NCBI GenBank assembly: GCA_046563655.1
Contig: CM102284.1
Coordinates: 5,270,001 to 5,334,000 of the forward strand
DNA length: 64,000 nt
Reading direction: 5' to 3'
Source of the DNA: Yuukianura sp. NJ FZ-2021
Taxonomy: Eukaryota
Part shown: positions 1 through 13,178 of the stretch, one piece after another
How the letters are laid out: each line of letters begins with the position of its first letter
Position numbering within the stretch: position 1 is the stretch's first letter
The notes under the pieces: model-generated
Seen by the model: only the letters and a program-made list of their open reading frames with translations
What the model was told of the DNA's origin: nothing
The model's database searches: none
Program-made: the position numbers and the translations under genes

Positions 1-736
1 CTTTCAGCATGCGCGGATTGGTAAGGTCAAGGTCAAAGGTCACAGTGTAAAAGAAACTTTGGCTCACATGAATTTTTTGTTTGTTCAGAACGATGACATT
101 GGTTTGATTATTCTGAATTCTCCAATTCCTGCAAATCATGCCAAAATCAAGCCCGTGACGCTTGCTACTCTTGGAGGAAGTGACAAGGAGGTGACAGTGG
201 CCGGTTGGGGTCAAACTAGTTGGACATCTAGCACTTCATCTAGACTTCTGGAAGCTACGATGGACTTGTGGAGTCATAGTAAATGCCAACTGAAGTACAG
301 TGGATTCCAAGTGCCCGTAAGAATCTCTCCGGACAAACAAATCTGCGCTGGGTCTCCCGGCAAGGATTCCTGTCGGTATGTGAATTCTGACATTTCTGAC
401 AATTCTGACATTTAGTGGGTTTGCTTTCACTGAACTTTCACTTTTACCTTTTTTCTTGTTCAGGGGCGATTCGGGAAGCTCTCTTCATGTAAATCGAAAT
501 GGAGTTTATCAACAAGTTGGTATTGTCAGTTTTGGTGGCAAATGTGGCGAATTCCCAGGTTTGAGATTGTTTTCACTACAAATCTTAGTTCAAGTATCAT
601 TTGGTGTTGTGCTAACAATTAATTAACGTTAGGATAAACTTAAACGTGGATTTAAACTTACTTTTCATTTCAATTAGGTGTTTACACCCAACCATCCGCC
701 TATAGCGCCTGGATTGAAAAGAACAAAAAAGACTGA
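1..736 (+). CDS. Trypsin-like serine protease, 3' part (5' end lies outside the window)
   Basis: Spliced exons give NDDIGLIILNSP...VAGWG...ICAGSPGKDSCR/GDSGSSL...VGIVSFGGKCGEFP/GVYTQPSAYSAWIEKNKKD*. Catalytic Asp and Ser and the S1 Asp (KDSC) are present; GT-AG introns; TGA at 734-736. Confidence 0.9.
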
Positions 737-1466
737 AAGTCTTTACTGAAACTGAATTCGCATTCTCTAACACCAAGCACGAATTTTTATCAAACTCCAA
801 ATCTCATGCAATTCAAGCAAATCAAGCAAAAAATTCTAAAGCAATTGTGTACTCAAAAAGTAGAATTTAATCAAAATTCTAAAAATAAAATTCTGAAAAG
901 ACTTAAGTTGCTTTCCTTTTGAAGTTGGTCAATTTGACCTCGTCAACTCTATCGTCGGCATCACAAGAGATTAGATCTTCAATAAATAGAGAAAATCAAT
1001 GAGAGTTAATTTCAGACAAGATTTTTTGGAGACTTTGTTTAGCTAGAGGCTGTAGGCGTGAGAAATTGATTTATTGGATGAGGTAGGATACAATTGATAC
1101 TGAAGTGATTAATCGACTAATTTCAACCTCCGGAACGGCCATTCAACTTCTGCTTCAACTCAACCATGAAAGTCTTTCACCTAAAGGTAGATCCTTAGGT
1201 TATGGACAGATCTTCCAAGAACTTTGGTAACAATGTCCATGTACCTCAGGATGATCATGACTTTTCATGACTTGACAATTGACCGCCCACAATTCCCAGA
1301 ACAGCAACTGCGACATTATCCATCGACCACGCCCCATTGTGACTGATCCATTTCCTTTAATTTCATCAATCCCTTCAGATTCCTGTCAGTTGCTGATCCA
1401 GAGAGACTGAAACCAGAACGGAATTGTAAAATTGCAAGCTCACAACGACAATAAGACCACAACAAC

Positions 1467-3447
1467 ATGAAGATTTTGACGGTCACTGTTTTTTGCCAAG
1501 TGACCTTGTACGTGACCTTGGCCTTTGGACTCACGTCTCAAGTCACGACTGGCCAAGATGACACAATAACAATTGAAGGCAAAAACATACGGACTTTCTC
1601 TTTACAACTTTTTTACACCGATTTTTTTTAATTATCAATTGCGTAATTCATTACTTTTAGCTTGCTCAAACTGCGCATCGGAAAACATTGCTGGAAAAAC
1701 CCGAGTCAAACGACAATCACATTTGCCGGGATCGATTTTTGCTGGATTTCCTGGATTTGATGGACAATTTGGAGCATTTCCTGGAAGCAACTTGGGTGGA
1801 ATTCCACAAAATCCTGGATTTCCACAGTTTCCGTCATTTCAACTTCAGCCGGTCACGCAGAAACCTGTTTCGCCTGTGGCTTCATCTGGGACATGCCGAA
1901 CAACCAATGGGAGTCCAGGGAAATGTGTTCCACTGCGCCAATGCTTTCCACTTTTGTTTTCATCTGCGCAGGATGAACTCGGATACTCAGGGTTAGCCAA
2001 CAGCCTATCCGAATCTGCTGGAACTTGTGCTACAATCAAGAGTCCATTTTTGTATGCCATCGGGGGTAAGTGCCTTAGAGTTGAAGAAATCAAGATTCAT
2101 CCTAGAAATGCCACACTTTTGTTAATTTAGGACCAACAGGGGGCAAAAACGGAATTTGCTGTGCTTCCGAGGGGTCAAACGCTGGAGGTCAACGTCCTGT
2201 TGTTGGCCCCACCACGGTGGCTCCAGCACCAACTTCTCCGCCTGCTTGGCACCAACCAATGCCAACCACCCCAGCAGCGGTAACCGAACTACCTCAGGCT
2301 GATCCGTACAACTGCGCAGGATACTGGAGGATCATTGGTGGATCGAATGTTGCTGGACGTCCGTACCCTTGGATTGTGTCAATCAAAGATGGAAGGACCA
2401 ATCGTCACGTCTGTGGCGGGTAGATCATGAAACCTAAATTATTTGAACCAAAACTGTGCTATTTGTATTTATACTTTTCAAAATTTTGAGAATTTTGAGA
2501 AAACTTATTCATTTTTGCAGAAGTTTAATTTCTCCTCGCTCGGTGTTGTCAGCAGCGGTAAGTTTTAGCTTCGAGTGACCCTGGGTCACGTTTCGTTTCA
2601 ATTGCAATTCTGAAATTTCGTTTTTCAATTTTCAAATTTCATTTCAATTTGTAATTAGCACTGCGTACAAACTCTGGATGGCCAAAGGGTAGCAAACATT
2701 CGAGTTTACTTGGGAGCCAATGACATCACTGCTGCTGGTCGCTGTACCGTCGTCAAAAAAGTCAAGAATATCAAGTACCACCGTGGATTTTCAATGAAAA
2801 CGCTGGTAATCACTAAAAATGAATGAAATCTTGAATATCAAATGAAACGTTACTTTTATTGAATTTCAGCACCACGATGTAGCCATTTTGACTTTGGATT
2901 CACCCGTGTCACTGAACAGCAACGTTCAAACGGTTCAGTTGGCTTCATCACCAGCGGCAGCAGGAACGCAAGCAACCGTGGCTGGGTGGGGCGGAGTTCA
3001 ATTTGGAGGTGGGACGGTGGGTCAATTGCGTCATGTCAATTTGGACATCATCAGCAACAATGTCTGCGCTGCTAAATATGTTGGACACGCTCCAGCTGGA
3101 ATCATTCAGCATCAACTCTGTGCTGGCAGTCCAGGTACAGCATTAGAGAAACGTCGATTATTTTTGATGCTGTCGCGCGTGATTTTGAATTTTCGAAAAC
3201 GTAGGGCGAGATTCTTGTGTGGGTGACAGTGGAGGACCGTTGATGCAAAACGGAGTGCAAATTGGAATTGTCTCGTACGGAGTCAATTGCGGAGTGCAGC
3301 CTGGAGTGTATGTTCTCTTTTCTAAAATTGTCTAATTCCATTTTTTGTTAAAAATTTTGAAAATTTTATGCAAAAATTTAATTTGTGATTGACAGCTACA
3401 CTCGTGTGACCAGTTATTTGTCATGGATTAACAAAAACAAGTCTTAA
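1467..3447 (+). CDS. Clip-domain serine protease (secreted)
   Basis: Signal peptide [21 protein letters not shown]; clip Cys pattern [17 protein letters not shown]...C...GICC; Pro/Thr linker; activation site R-IIGG; SAA/HC, HDVAIL and [11 protein letters not shown] triad motifs; ends [16 protein letters not shown] (TAA 3445-3447). Confidence 0.92.
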
Positions 3448-4113
3448 GAAGGCTTACTTTGCAAAATGCCTCACTCTTAATGAGTTTTAACACTCAAGGT
3501 AAGCAGCACAGCAGGAACTTTATCATAAACTTGTGCAAAACTTCGCAATAACTGTGCAATTATTTTGTTTTTCATGTTCACAATGTTGTTGTTTTTTGTT
3601 TCTTCATACTTTGTCCTCAAAATGTTCAACTTTTTTTGAATAAATGACATTGTTTATGGTGAATTCGATATGTACAAACATTTTTGTTGTTTTTAAACAA
3701 AATCAAGATTTCAAATTCTGAAAATTTGAGCTTTTTAAAAAACTGGTGCAGACAGACTTGACATACCGCGTTCCGCGTTTTGCTTCGTTTCGACTTTGTA
3801 CATGCATATTCCTCGTGCCCAATTCTCCTAATTTACCTTAATAACAGGTTCTTCCTTTTCTAAAATGCTTTAGGCTAAGAAGTTTTTGTTGTTTTTTATT
3901 TCTGCATGCACGTAGAATCGTTACAGAAAGTCTTTTTGGGCTGTAGTCATATGTTTTTGTCGAAAATCATCATCTTATGCCCAAATTACAATGAGAAAGT
4001 TGCATAACTTTTCGTCTGTGACTTCCGGCGAAGGCAGAAAACTTCCCACGATCATTCAGAGGCCATCAGTGGGTCAACTTATATCAGACTCTGTGGGATT
4101 CGTTGTAGATCAC

Positions 4114-6656
4114 ATGTGTACTTGTATTGTTCTCGGGGGCATTGCCCTCGCTGGACTCTCGTTCTTGTCAGTTCAGTTTTTGCATATCCCGATTTTTGGC
4201 TCTTTCCAGTACCCGCTTCTGTTGACAACATTACTAGGATGGGCAATCTTCGAACTGTTCAGAAGAGGCAAGGAATACTTGGTAAGTTGTGAAAATTAGG
4301 CAGAAATTGAACATTTGCACTTCTTTTTGCAAAATTGATGTTGAATTGCAGGAATACTTGCAACTACAAAGTATTACAAGGACGAAGCAGCTGGAACGTC
4401 AAGAGATGATGGATAGGTATAAACAGGAGTTTCCGATGACACCCGACCGTCTCCGGATTGTAAATCTTCCAGTGGAACAATTAGTAATTGAATTGCAGCA
4501 TCGACGCATTTCGGCAGCCGATGCCCTGGGAGCATTCATAGCCAAGACACTAGAAGCCACAAGTGCTTTCAACTGCGTCACGGAATTCATTCCAACAGCA
4601 ATGGATTTAGCTGATGAATTGGATGTTATGGATGATGTCAAAGGTCATCTGCATGGCTTACCTGTGTGTATCAAAGATGATACTAACGTTGTAGGGCTGG
4701 ACTCTACACTAGGTTATGCCAAAAATCTGTACAATCCTGCAGAACAATCGGCAGTTCTTGTGAAAGCACTGGAAGCTGCTGGGGCTATCCCATTTTGGTG
4801 AAAATTGAAGCTTTTTTAAAATCTGAAGAAAGCGTTTTTGATTTTTAACATTTTTTGGAATTTTGAAAAAATTTTGTTGCTTTTAGCAAAACGAATGTTC
4901 CGCAAACTCTGGTTTCGTATGCCTCAGACAATCCAATTTTCGGAAAAACTTTGAATCCTCTAAACCCAAAGTTGGCACCGGGAGGTAGCAGTTCAGGTGA
5001 ATTAAAATTTTTAAAAGTTTTCAAAAAATGTTTTCCAAAAAATTTTAGCAAAGTGAAAAATTTCCTGGTTTAGGCACAGGAGCATTGGTTGCTGCTGGTG
5101 GGTGTCCATTCGGTACTGGAACAGATGTAAGTACCGCTCATAAAATTTCGAAATTCATTTTTTCAAAATTCAACGGAAATCTTAGTTTCGGTTCGTCGAT
5201 GTTGGTTCTAGATTGGAGGTTCTGGAAGAATTCCAGGTTATTAGAGTCCACTTTTAGAACTTTTTTTGAAATTTTGAAAACTTTAGAAATTACAATTATT
5301 GTTTTGAACAGCTCATTTCAATGGTATCTCTTCGCTGAAACCATCATCGAATCGTATAAGTTCAAAAGGAATTTCGCAAGCCACTCCAAATTGCGTTGGC
5401 CGTAAGCTTAACTACGCTCTACAGTTGTATCAACTTTTTGAACATGGGGTCAAAATTCATTTTCGAAATTTTCAAAATTTTCAATTGTAGTTGTTGGAGT
5501 TCCAGCAATTCTGGCCAAAAAACCGAGAATGCTTGCTAGAGTTTTCAAATCTATTACAGAAGATGGTCTTCAAAACAAGTTGGATCCCCTTGCACTTCCC
5601 ATTCCATGGGATCAGAAAGTACAATTTAAAAAAAAGAAACTTGAAAATTTTCTTCAAATTTTGAAAATTGAATTCATCAAAGTATTTTTTCTAGACGTTC
5701 AGCTCCAAATCTAAATTGCGAATTGGCTACTTCACAGCGCTGAACTTCTTTCCACCAATGGGGGACACCGTTGCGACCGTGGAACGTGCTAAAGCGACTT
5801 TTGAATCCTTGGGTCACACTGTGGTGCCCTTTGACCTTCCAGTAGCGGATACCGTTTTGGCAAAATTGAGTGCCGACCTGTGCAACGCCGACACCGGAAA
5901 TCATTTGCGCAAAGAACTGCGTGGGGAGAAGATCTCTGCCGCTGCAAGAATGGTTCACCAACTGATCAACATGCCATTTTGGCTAAGAAAGGCACTTTCA
6001 GTCCTTGTGCGCTGGCAGTACATGCCTCTTGTACGATCTTTCCGAGCAGTCTATCCTCTACTGGCAGGACTTGATCTGCGAACGACCGTTAAACTGTGGG
6101 ATGCGATTGGAGACAAGTCAAAGGTCATCGCAGCAATTCTGGAGAAAATGGAGCAAGATCGGCTGGACTTGATTTTGTGTCCTGTTTTCCCGTTTTGTGC
6201 ACCACAAGTTGACGATGCTAAGGATCTAATAGGTTTGAAATGTCACATTACCTGACCTTTGACCTTTGGCTTTACTTTTTGAAATATGACTTCTATGAGC
6301 TTCTGCGCTTGTTTCAGTTGCTGTTTTGTATTGTATCATTTGGAATCTGGCGGATTTCCCAGCAGGCGTGGTTGAATTTGGAAGGGAAAGCGGAAGAAGA
6401 ATAAAAGATTTTAATGACGAAGGTGACGTGTTTCTCAAACTGGCTAAAAAGGTAGATTTTTCAAAATTCCTATTTTTGTAAAATTTATGGAAAGAAGACT
6501 TCAAATTAACCTTTGCAATTTTTGAAACAGAGTATTCGAAATTCCGTTAATATGCCAATCGGTGTCCAAATTGTGGCTAGACCTTACAAAGAAGAACTCG
6601 TTCTGCGTGCAATGATTGAATTAGATGAGGCTCCGAAAATTGGTGTTCAAAAATAA
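4114..6656 (+). CDS. Fatty-acid amide hydrolase-like amidase (paralog 1)
   Basis: N-terminal hydrophobic anchor; GHLHGLPVCIKDD (catalytic Lys); KTNVPQT; PGGSSSG; GTD/IGGSGRIP/AHFNG (nucleophile Ser); C-terminal WNLADFPAGVV and MPIGVQIVARPYKEELVLRAM. Confidence 0.9.
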
Positions 6657-6750
6657 TTTATTTTGTAAAAAGTAAAACTCAAAGTTTCAAAATTTTGGAA
6701 AGTTGGTATCGCGGATCTTCAGATAGTTAAATAGGCTTAAAGTTAGTTGA

Positions 6751-7217
6751 CTAAACTCTACCAATCTTCTTGCAAACTTTGTTACAACCTGTAAAGAAAT
6801 TTGGAAATTAAATCTTTGTATTTTTTCCAATTCAGACATTTTTAAAGTTATTTTGGATTGTTCAATTTCAAGTTTTGAAAGTACATTACCTTCAGGGCAA
6901 CACCTATATCGCCCAGCACCATGCCCAGTGCACTCAGAGTCTGACAAACAGTTGACCTTGGGGTCAAAGACGCAAGGAGTCACGTAGTGTGGGTTCGAAT
7001 TCTCTGGACATCTTGATCCATGCATTGACACTAAAAATCAATTCAGTTTCCCATTGGACTAAGCTTTTCAAAACTAAATTCTAGACGATTTGTCTAGCTT
7101 TTGATTAAATTGTGCTTCTTAAATTGTATATTCAACTAAATTAAGCTTACCGCAAGCAATAGAAGGTCCAATAATAGTACAAAAACTTAAAATTAAAAGT
7201 AAAGTGAAAACTCCCAT
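6751..7217 (-). CDS. Small secreted WAP (four-disulfide core) domain peptide, 3 exons
   Basis: MGVFTLLLILSFCTIIGPSIAC / ...RCPENSNPHYVTPCVFDPKVNCLSDSECTGHGAGRYRCCPEG / CNKVCKKIGRV*; 8-Cys WAP spacing; canonical splice sites. Confidence 0.82.
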
Positions 7218-8427
7218 TGTTCCTGCAGCGTCAAAAATTAGCTCAAACAAGAACAATTTTTCTAGAATTCTAGAAAGGAAGAAGGAATACTACTAAACGC
7301 TTACTGTACATTACGCTAACCACAAATATTTGTTGTAACCATAAGTTTTAAGTTAAATTGTCCGCAAGTGTTCCAAAAGTGTCGTAAATCATACAACTGT
7401 TCCATAGTTTGTCTATTTTTAGAAGGAACTTTTGAAAAATTCAGCCACCTTATGATGGTTAACATAGGAATTATCAATTTTGTGAAATTTTGCATACCAA
7501 CTAAATTGAGAAAGTGTTTTTGAAAAACTTTTGTCCATAAGCGTGGAACATAAAACACGACGAAATCAAAAGTTCTAAAAATAAACAAATTATAATTTTG
7601 CAGCATTTTAGTCTAGCTTCAACGTCGTCTAAAATTAAAATGATTATTTTCCAGACCTTGTTATCAGTAAAATAGCCTAAAAATAAATCTTTTCCACGGT
7701 GAATGGCGTGGAACTGGAACATAAAATTGCGAAAGAATTTTTGACATGAACAAAATTTATCTTGAAGTATAAAATTCAAATTCGTATGCAGATTCGACAC
7801 ATTTTGACATACACATAAGTTTTTCTTTGTATTTTTCAAAAGTTTTTCCCCGAAAATGCCTTCTATACAACCTTGAATAAAAGTTTTTTTATCCAAAGCG
7901 TCCTCTTTTTGGCACTCCCAGCTTGAAAATTTAAAAATTCGAAATTAGGAAATTGTATAATTTGTTTTCGTGTTGAAACTTTTTCTTCTGGAAAAATACA
8001 AGGATTTTCAAATACATCTACTACTACCTGTAATTATAATTTAGAGGAAAAGTTACTTTTGAATTGGCACAATTACAAAGACTACTACATTATCAAGTGT
8101 GAGTGACAGCAAAAAGTGTTCTGTATTGTTTTAAATTCGAAAAGATGGCATGACCGGAAATAATTATCGCCCAGAATTACTTTTTAGGAATTTTGATTCG
8201 TAAACTAGCAATTTACGGTACTCAGAATTTTAGTTGACGACAGTCGGGGTCAAACACAGCTTGCAACTACCAACTATGTTGTCCTGCGTCAATCACAATT
8301 CATGCGTCAATGTCGTTTTAGTCTTCCTTTTAGCGCATTCAGAAACTTATAAAATCATGCAACCCTGTCATTTCTCATTACAAAATTTGTTATCTGCTAA
8401 AATTACAACAGAAATCGTGCAGGAAAA

Positions 8428-8787
8428 ATGGGTGCCACAAAAATTTGTATTCCTTTGCTGTTATTTTTCATGTTTGGAATATTATTTCCAAATGTGCTAA
8501 TCGGTAAGCATTAAAACTATTAAATTCTAAACAATAATTGGTGAAGTAATAAAATTTCAAATATAAATGAAAAATATTTCAAATTTTTAATAATTTTAGA
8601 AGCGCAGAAAAAAAAAGAGAAGGAAGGCGAATGTCCATTGCCTTCTACAAAAGCTTCAATTTGTCGTGACGATCCTACACAGAATTGCAGAAACGATTCG
8701 CAATGTGCTGGAGAACTTAAGTGCTGTTCCGACGGTTGTGGAAAGACTTGCCAGACGCCAATAATTTTCAAAATTTTGAACAACTGA
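8428..8787 (+). CDS. Small secreted WAP-domain peptide, 2 exons
   Basis: Signal peptide MGATKICIPLLLFFMFGILFPNVLI, then KEGECPLPSTKASICRDDPTQNCRNDSQCAGELKCCSDGCGKTCQTP, a textbook WAP motif. Confidence 0.88.
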
Positions 8788-8909
8788 TTTTGAAAATCCA
8801 AACCAGAACGATTTCCTAAGCATTTCGAACTGAATCTTGACCAGCTTGGCTTTACTTTTGGTTTAATAAATTCTACAACATTTGTTTAGAAAAAAAATTG
8901 TAGCTGAAA

Positions 8910-10972
8910 TTAATATGGTTCGAGATCTGTAAGTACTAATTGTTGAGATGACACAATTGAAGCTGTTTCATGTCCACGATATTTAAGTAGAATATCTGCC
9001 TTGATCTCGGCAAAGGTCAAAGGTCGTTGAGACAGAAAAGTCCTATCTTCATCTTCTTCGTCATTGGCTCTACAATTCCACATAGCTTTAATCAGAAATT
9101 TAGTAAAGTTAATTAATTCGTTGAAATCGGTTTTTACCCGGCTAACTCCAGTCGCATAACGCTTTTCGGAGCAACGAATCCACCCATCGGTTTTCGTCCA
9201 ATTGTGGACGTTTGGTTTTGAAATTTGGACAGTTTCGAAATTGGAACACCATCAACTTCAACGGCTTTTCGAATTTCCAAAACTGCATCTTCGGATTGCA
9301 ATTCTTGAACTCTTCGTTCCAAAAGTTTCATGCACAAGTCAACATTTTCTGGAATGATTTGCTTTTCTGGATTACCTGAAATTTCAGCAAGAAATTCGAA
9401 AATTTAATTTTTCAGTTTTGAAATTCAATACATTTTAGATTAATGTGTCACCTAAAAGACGGATGATGGGCTGTTCGTCACATTTGGCCAATCTGAACGA
9501 CTCTTCGAGCGACTCCAGCATTCTGTCCAAATTGGTTGAACACTTTTTGACAAAATCTCTACGCTCATCTAAATGTTCCACCGTGGCTTCAAATTCAGCT
9601 TCAGCCTTTTTGAGTCCATTGAGTTGTTCAGATCGATGTTTCTTGTGTTCTGCCGCCTTTACCTCAACCACGGCCTTGAGCTCTGCCACTGCTCGCTCAA
9701 TAAAGTCCAATTCAGAATTGAGGGTACTCAGGTACTGGAAGCGTGTAAAATTCAGAGTTTCTTGAGCCAAGTACTGCTGTAAAAGAGTCTTGATGTCACG
9801 GCAGTTTGAAACAGCCAGAATTTCCCGGAAACTTTTTCGGTAAGAACGTAGCAGGTCATCGAAGTACTTCTCTTTCGCATTTTGCTTGCGTTCTGGCAGA
9901 AATTTGAAAAGGTCAAAGGTCACATTTTACATTAGGTTTAGGTTTTCTAACTCACTTAGCCTAACATCGTCTCCTTCAAGGAGGGCTCTTGATTTCCGTT
10001 TTGTTTCCATAAACGCTCGAGCTTTTTCGTCATTGTGCAAAAGTCGATGATATTCCTTCATTTCCAGAACATGACTTCGGGATTCCTTGTCGTTCCGTTC
10101 GCGCAGAGCTTTGATTTTGATCACGAATTCCTCTCTGGTGACACAAAAGATTTTGTAATGTGACTGGTTTAGACCAAAAATTTAGAAATTGTGAGTTTTC
10201 TAACCTTTGATCGTATGTACTTGTTGCAACGTCGACCAAATCCAGCATGTGACGTTTCATTCTTGCAATTCGGCGCTTAACTCCCCGGTATTTGTTGTGG
10301 AATTGGCCACGATCTGTCAAGTAATTCGTAATTTCTTGACGAACTACCCGATTTCTGGTGACTTGCGAGTCAAAATCAGTTGTGATCTAAATTCCGAAAA
10401 CGAAAATTTTCATTTCTGAAGAAACTGTAAAACTAATTTGGAATTTGTCAAAACCTATGCAACATAACCTAAAATATTAATTGACTTACACGATAAAGAC
10501 GATTTTCAAGAATACTTTGATGTCTTCGAGCTTGCGGAAGAGTCATCGAATGTCCAAAAATTGCCTGAACTTTAAGTTTTTGCTGAACAACACGTTTTGT
10601 AATTTTTGAAACTTGTTCATCCATTTCAGCAATTTGCATCAATTGAAATTCAATTTTTTCTTTGTAAGCAGCAAATTGATCAAGCATCTCCGAAATGATT
10701 CGAATAGTTTCTCTGTCCTGAGCCTGGTTTCTTTCTGACATTACGTTTGTGAGGTCTGTAACTATTTCGATTTGTTCTCTTTCGAAACAGGCCACAATTT
10801 TTAGTTGAGTTGCAACATTTGAGCCGGATTGGATCGTGTAGCCCTGGCGTTCTGCTTCCATCTTGCGATACTGTCGCTGGAGACGTAAGAGCTCCTCCTT
10901 GGCCAGCTTCTCGCTGTCAGAGTCGTCATCGTCAAGCTGACGACCATTTCGTTGCAATTGTTCGTCAGCCAT
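8910..10972 (-). CDS. CCDC63/CCDC114 (ODAD1)-like outer dynein arm docking complex coiled-coil protein
   Basis: ELLRLQRQYRKMEAERQGY, ILENRLYR, TSTYDQREE, YLAQETLNFTRFQYLSTLNSEL and C-terminal RPLTFAEIK match the ODA-DC2/CCDC114 family pattern. The last splice junction is uncertain. Confidence 0.8.
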
Positions 10973-11141
10973 AATGCTGACAACTGGGTTTTGTCAACGA
11001 ACAAAAATTGTTTTTGTCACTTCATTAAATTTTGAAACTTGCAGATTTTTTTTAGATATTGAATTCGATTTCGGTTTGATTTTGAACACGCATTTTGTAG
11101 AGCTTCTACTGCTTTAATTTGTCAAATTGTTTAGTTTTAAA

Positions 11142-11155
11142 ATCGCAATGACAAC
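11142..11155. promoter_or_regulatory. Candidate RFX X-box upstream of the CCDC114-like gene
   Basis: ATCGCAATGACAAC (GTTGTCATTGCGAT on -), one mismatch to RTHNYYWTRRNRAC, about 170 bp upstream of the ATG of a motile-cilium gene. Confidence 0.45.
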
Positions 11156-11310
11156 TAAAAATTAGAAACTAATCGGAAGTTTACAGCGAGTGACGAATGA
11201 GTCCGCGTGGCGACATCACTGACGACAGCTCAGTCGTGATGTCGTGATGTCGTGACGACGACGACGACAACGCGTTGGGCCGGCGGAGATTTCGATTTGA
11301 TTGACGGTTG

Positions 11311-12710
11311 ATGGAGGCGTATTTTGATGAACATGTAACTAAACTTGTGTTTAACACAACAGTAAATGGGTTCAGATGAGCTGTTGATTTAAATTTCACG
11401 TTTAGGTTCGAGAGAAAATATTTTTGGCAATGACTTACGAAGATCGTTTGAGAGCACGTCTCGTCTGTCGCAAATGGGACAAGGAAATTTGTTCTAAATT
11501 TTCGTTCAAAGTGACTCTGAGTGACCAAAGTACCGAATTTACTCGACTCCTGAAACTTCCAATTTATTCTATAAGGATTGGCAGTCTCAAAAGCGACTGG
11601 AAGCTTCGTCAATTACGTTACCCCACGATTCTAACTGAATTAATAATTTCTGGACCAATTGGATTGACTAATTTCGAAGAATTTTTGGCCGGTCACCATC
11701 AGTTGACAAGTCTTCAGCGACTGGTCGTCCATCCTGATCAAATTATTGATTGTGCAGAAAAGAAGATTAGCGATCAGGAGATACGCAAAATCATAGGAGT
11801 CAGTCGCCATTTTGGTTTTGGAATTCCGTTTCCAGTACTTGAGTCGTTGACGCTTCACAGTGCTAGTCATTCACACGCTGGTTTACCTCATCCTACGTTA
11901 TCGCAGCGCATCTTTAACTTATTTCTGCTGTCCCGCTTCCAGAATCTTCGGGAGTTCGTTTTCAATAAGCTCAGAAGTGAAAGAGCCACAGAGGAAACGA
12001 CCGAATTGAAGCGACTTTTCAAATTTCTCCGCCGACATAGCGTGACTCTACAAAGTTTGTCTATCATTGAAACCGAACTTGATCGAAAACGTTGGAATTC
12101 CGAAACTGGATTCAGTTTCGACCGCTTGGATTCAATTTCTGACCTTCTTCATCCAGATCTCCAAGTTAGCGTAATAATCCGTTAGTTTCAGAATTTTTAA
12201 TGTTTTGAGAAAGATCTTAAAGGATTCTGAACTCAGGTGAAGCGATTGCATCTAGCGCCGCTGCCAGCATCTGGATTGGAAGCACCGCTAGCTTCACTTC
12301 TTTACCAACAACGGAATCTCAAGCACCTAAGTTGCCATTTTCATTGTTGTCCATTTGCCTTCTACGAATCAATTCTGGTCAACAATGCGCAAAGTCTCAC
12401 AGAGGTCATCTTGTCCAACCTCAGTTGTGGTGATGGTGGCAGTAAAGAAGAAACTCTCCAGGAACTGGATTTGACCCCATTTCATTTGTGTACATTTCTG
12501 GAAGTGCTGTCTCTCTCAAGAGTTGTTTCGGAACGACGGCATCACGTTGATAGCGACCATCGTCCCGGACGCTTGATCAACATTCACCGTCTACCATCCA
12601 CGCTAACCAGTCTGGAAATTTGTGGATTTGGACTGTCTTCACAAGAAATCAGTAGAATTAAAACGATTTTGACAAAGTTGCGTCACTTTGAACTGGTGAA
12701 CGTTGAATAG
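11311..12710 (+). CDS. F-box / leucine-rich-repeat-like protein
   Basis: MEAYFDEH/VREKIFLAMTYEDRLRARLVCRKW is an F-box; downstream LxxLxL repeats (LQRLVV, LESLTL, LQSLSI, LKHLSC, LTSLEI). Confidence 0.78.
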
Positions 12711-13178
12711 ATTAAATACGACGCTGATTTTTTGATTTCAAAAAGAGAGAAAAGAAGAAGAAAGTTTAATTCCTAAACACTGGAAAATTTAAAAGTAATT
12801 AAGAAGTTTTCAATTTTAAGTGGAGAGTAGTGGTCAATTGATTGATTAAATTGTTCAAAACGCTATCCGGATATTCTGCGGAAGAAAAAGGTTCCTCACC
12901 CACCCCGCACCCTTGCTTTGGGTGGGGAGCCAGTGGCGGGAAAAAATGTGAATTTTTCAATTCACAATAAAAAACATCTGACATCAAATCTGATTTCCAA
13001 TTTGTTCTTGTTCAATGAAAGAAAACTGTTCAAAATGAAATTAACTTCTAATTAACAAGTTAACTTAATTAAAGTTAAAGTAACTGAAATTACTTCCTGG
13101 AGTACAATTTGGTAGCTACGTCACTACTATCATCAGACAGGTCAGCTGAGCTCTGATCGGAAGTCAGTCATCCTCATC

